Source: Thermodesulfovibrionales bacterium (GTDB lineage: Bacteria > Nitrospirota > Thermodesulfovibrionia > Thermodesulfovibrionales > SM23-35). From it: 64,000 nucleotides of DNA. Under the pieces are notes generated by a model. The model worked only from the letters and a program-made list of their open reading frames with translations, made no database searches and was not told the origin of the DNA. Position 1 is the first letter of the stretch; the number at the start of each line of letters is the position of its first letter. The stretch is from the NCBI GenBank assembly GCA_963715195.1, contig CAVQRT010000003.1, positions 128,001 through 192,000 on the forward strand. The letters run 5' to 3'. A program made the translations under genes and the position numbers. Positions 61,689-64,000 of this stretch are shown in pieces.

Positions 61689-63044
61689 TCAGTGCAACGC
61701 AGAGCCGAGTATCCAGGTGGCAATTGAAAAATAAATAATCAATCCCGTAACATCAGCCACCGAGGTAATCAGCGGATTGCTCACCACCGCGGGGTCTACC
61801 CGAATCCTTGTCAATAAGAAGGGGAGAACCACTCCGATAAAATTTGCAACCAGCACAATCAAAACCATTGCAAGCCCGACCACGATTCCGATCTCTAAAC
61901 CACCCCTGAAGATGCCGAGTACCGAACTTGCGATACCCATGGTGAGTCCCAAAAGCCCTGCCACAGCCATCTCTCTCCCCGTTGCCCAAAGCCACTGACT
62001 CAGTTTAACGTCACCGGTTGCTATGGCGCGAACCATGAGAGTAGCTGATTGAGCCCCTGCATTTCCTCCGGTAGCAATGAGGAGCGGGATGAAGAATGCC
62101 AGCGTAATGGTCGATATGAGCATCTCCTCATACGCAGCGATTACGCCCGATGCGATCAGGTTCACGAAAAGCAGCACTGAGAGCCAGATAATCCTCTTTC
62201 GGTATAAAAGCCAGACACTTGACTCTCTGTAGCTTGTTTTTAACGGGGCGACTGCCGCAACCTTGTGGAAATCTTCGGTTGCCTCCTCCTGGGCTACATC
62301 CATAAGATCGTCAATGGTCGCGATGCCGATAAGGACCCCGCCTGAATCCAGAACCGGAAGTGCAACAAGGTCATAGTGCTGAATCATTCTGACTGCTTCT
62401 TCCCGGTCCTTGAACGCAGATATTCCCACAAATGAGTAATCCATAATTTGACTGACCGGGTCTTCAGGATTCGCGAGGATAAACCTTCGCAAACTCAGGG
62501 CGTCCAGGAGTACCCAGGATCCGTCGGTAACATAGATAACATTGATCGTTTCACTGTCCGTGCCCTTGCTCCGGATGTGTTTGAGCGCCTGTCTGATCGA
62601 CCACTCAGGACGGACAGCAACATAATCAGGCGTCATGAGTCTGCCGACGCTCTCTTCAGGATAGCCAAGGAGCTGAAGCGCTTCTCTGCGGTCATGAAGG
62701 GTAAGCAGATTGAGCATCCTCTGTATAGCCTGACCCGGAAGCTCTTCCAGAAATTCTGTTCTGTCGTCAGGACTCAAAGACGCGAGGATGTTGCGAGCCT
62801 CTTCGTCCGTCAGCTCTGTTAAAAGCCTGTCCTTGTCTTTCGATTCAAGATAGGAAAATAACTCTGCGGCAAGCTGCTTTGGCAGCAGACGGAAAAGTAA
62901 CATCCGTTCACGTTTTTCAGCAGCCGGCATAAAGGCTGCGATATCAGGAGCCGGCAACCCTGCGATGAGTGGCCGAAGTTCTGCCCACTCCTGTCTCTCA
63001 ATCAGTTCCTTGATTTTTGCATTGAGTACTTCTGAATCTGTCAT
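61689..63044 (-). CDS. mgtE: Magnesium transporter MgtE
   Basis: DDRT, YPEESVGRLMT, CBS pair, GGNAGAQ, VDPAVVS.P.ITSVAD. Confidence 0.95.
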   Translation of the reverse strand: MTDSEVLNAKIKELIERQEWAELRPLIAGLPAPDIAAFMPAAEKRERMLLFRLLPKQLAAELFSYLESKDKDRLLTELTDEEARNILASLSPDDRTEFLEELPGQAIQRMLNLLTLHDRREALQLLGYPEESVGRLMTPDYVAVRPEWSIRQALKHIRSKGTDSETINVIYVTDGSWVLLDALSLRRFILANPEDPVSQIMDYSFVGISAFKDREEAVRMIQHYDLVALPVLDSGGVLIGIATIDDLMDVAQEEATEDFHKVAAVAPLKTSYRESSVWLLYRKRIIWLSVLLFVNLIASGVIAAYEEMLISTITLAFFIPLLIATGGNAGAQSATLMVRAIATGDVKLSQWLWATGREMAVAGLLGLTMGIASSVLGIFRGGLEIGIVVGLAMVLIVLVANFIGVVLPFLLTRIRVDPAVVSNPLITSVADVTGLIIYFSIATWILGSALH

Positions 63045-63102
63045 CCGGTTCACCTCCCAGCCGGTATCAGCTTTCCCGCAACTTATTATGACCTACAAAC
63101 CG

Positions 63103-63225
63103 TCACCTCTTCATCAAAAATTCCTGGAGGAGTTTCTTCTCTGCATCGGCGGTACCGATGAGAATAAGTTCACCGCCCTCCCCGAGAGCGGTGGGAAATA
63201 TCTCGCATTTCTTTTTGTCTTTCAT
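63103..63225 (-). CDS. 40-aa small ORF upstream of mgtE
   Basis: AAAGGAG RBS; MKDKKKCEIFPTALGEGGELILIGTADAEKKLLQEFLMKR*. Confidence 0.4.
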   Translation of the reverse strand: MKDKKKCEIFPTALGEGGELILIGTADAEKKLLQEFLMKR

Positions 63226-63434
63226 AATCAGCTCCTTTTACAAAAAATACACGCGTCCGTATTGAGCGAGGCGCAGTTTCGGCTCTTCGTCAGGGAGACC
63301 GCTCTCTGATGTTCCCAGTTCGGGAAGTATTTCCTTTATTGATTGCTGATACTAGTTCATGAGACCTTACTGCTTTTCAGAATGATGGAAGATCTTGGAT
63401 ATTGTTGAAATGGATACGAGATAAATCCGGAATT

Positions 63435-64000
63435 CTATAGATGACTTATATCATCCTTCCCCTCATCGCCCTTCATCTTTTTCTCCAGATATTCTTTGGC
63501 GACATCCTTCCCTCCCAGTCCAAAGGCTAATGACAGCGCAAAGACAATACCTCCGAAAATTATCGCGAAGGCAATGGTGATTGTTTCCTGCCCGATACCG
63601 AGCTGTTCAAGGGCCATGGTAACAGCGAGGAGAAAAATGGCAAGTTTCACAGACTTCCCGACAAGACTGGATAAGGTGAATCCTGCATTGACCGATGCAA
63701 TCAAAGCAGCCCGGCCAAAAAAATTGCCGAGAAAATATCCTAAGAAGAGAATGATGACAGCAACAAAAATATTCGGCAGATAGAGTATGAATCTTTCCAG
63801 AATGCTTTCGATGGCAGGAACACTGAGCATGCGCAATGAAATTATGGAAAAACTGATTATTGTCACCCAGCCGACTGTCCGGGCGAGAATATGAGAAACC
63901 GGTTCTTTGACTCCACCTTTTTTTATCATTTCGACAGCCCCGGATCTTTCTGAAATTTTGTCGAGCTTGATTGCCCGGAAAATTCTCAAAGAAAGTGACT
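63435..64000 (-). CDS. TM-helix repeat protein (MscS-associated/CmpX-like); 5' end outside the window
   Basis: YLPNIFVA, ALEQLGI, LAFGLGGKD.A. Confidence 0.8.
   Translation of the reverse strand, partial: SLSLRIFRAIKLDKISERSGAVEMIKKGGVKEPVSHILARTVGWVTIISFSIISLRMLSVPAIESILERFILYLPNIFVAVIILFLGYFLGNFFGRAALIASVNAGFTLSSLVGKSVKLAIFLLAVTMALEQLGIGQETITIAFAIIFGGIVFALSLAFGLGGKDVAKEYLEKKMKGDEGKDDISHL

Noticed and set aside
63273..63302. Hammerhead-like words on the minus strand (GCGGTC-TCC-CTGACGA-AGAGCC-GAAACTGC)
   Set aside because: Core words and a 5-bp stem III are present, but there is no stem I and no paired stem II; plausibly chance. A cleavage assay would settle it.
63230..63430. M-box (ykoK) riboswitch upstream of mgtE
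   Set aside because: I could not find the conserved M-box sequence blocks.

Overview
Bacterial chromosomal segment; gene style suggests an anaerobic diderm such as a Nitrospirota/Thermodesulfovibrionia-like genome (inference only). It has two halves. (1) An accessory region at about 1-21.3 kb, almost all on the minus strand, carries a cyclic-nucleotide signalling cluster: a PDZ-TM-GAF class III cyclase with Glu at the purine-specificity site (guanylate-cyclase-like), an MBL-fold phosphodiesterase, a MalT/SARP-type regulator with a duplicated 11-bp-period candidate binding site, a cNMP-domain non-RD Ser/Thr kinase, a PilZ protein, an outer-membrane barrel and an Lnt paralogue lacking the catalytic Glu. 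The same region holds secreted TSP3/PKD and HExxH proteins, a VapBC pair between ~150-bp direct repeats, a cNMP-GAF protein paired with an FAD oxidoreductase, and six GTCAT...ATGAC palindromic repeats. Many genes in 1-17 kb are frameshifted, often at homopolymers, probably from read errors. (2) A mostly core region at about 21.7-64 kb: ybhGFSR-like efflux plus TolC, ppsA flanked by two PSRP kinases and an archaeal-type UPF0146 gene, coaD, rsmD, yajQ, gatC, pcrA, glmS, glmU, yebC, a sigma54 response regulator, mtnP, lpxC, a 27-aa lysine-rich peptide behind an HTH/dead-nucleotidyltransferase gene, nfo, tsaC, a Kef-type antiporter, tamAB, a fluoride-riboswitch-controlled antiporter and mgtE. No rRNA, tRNA, CRISPR array, integrase or transposase was recognised.
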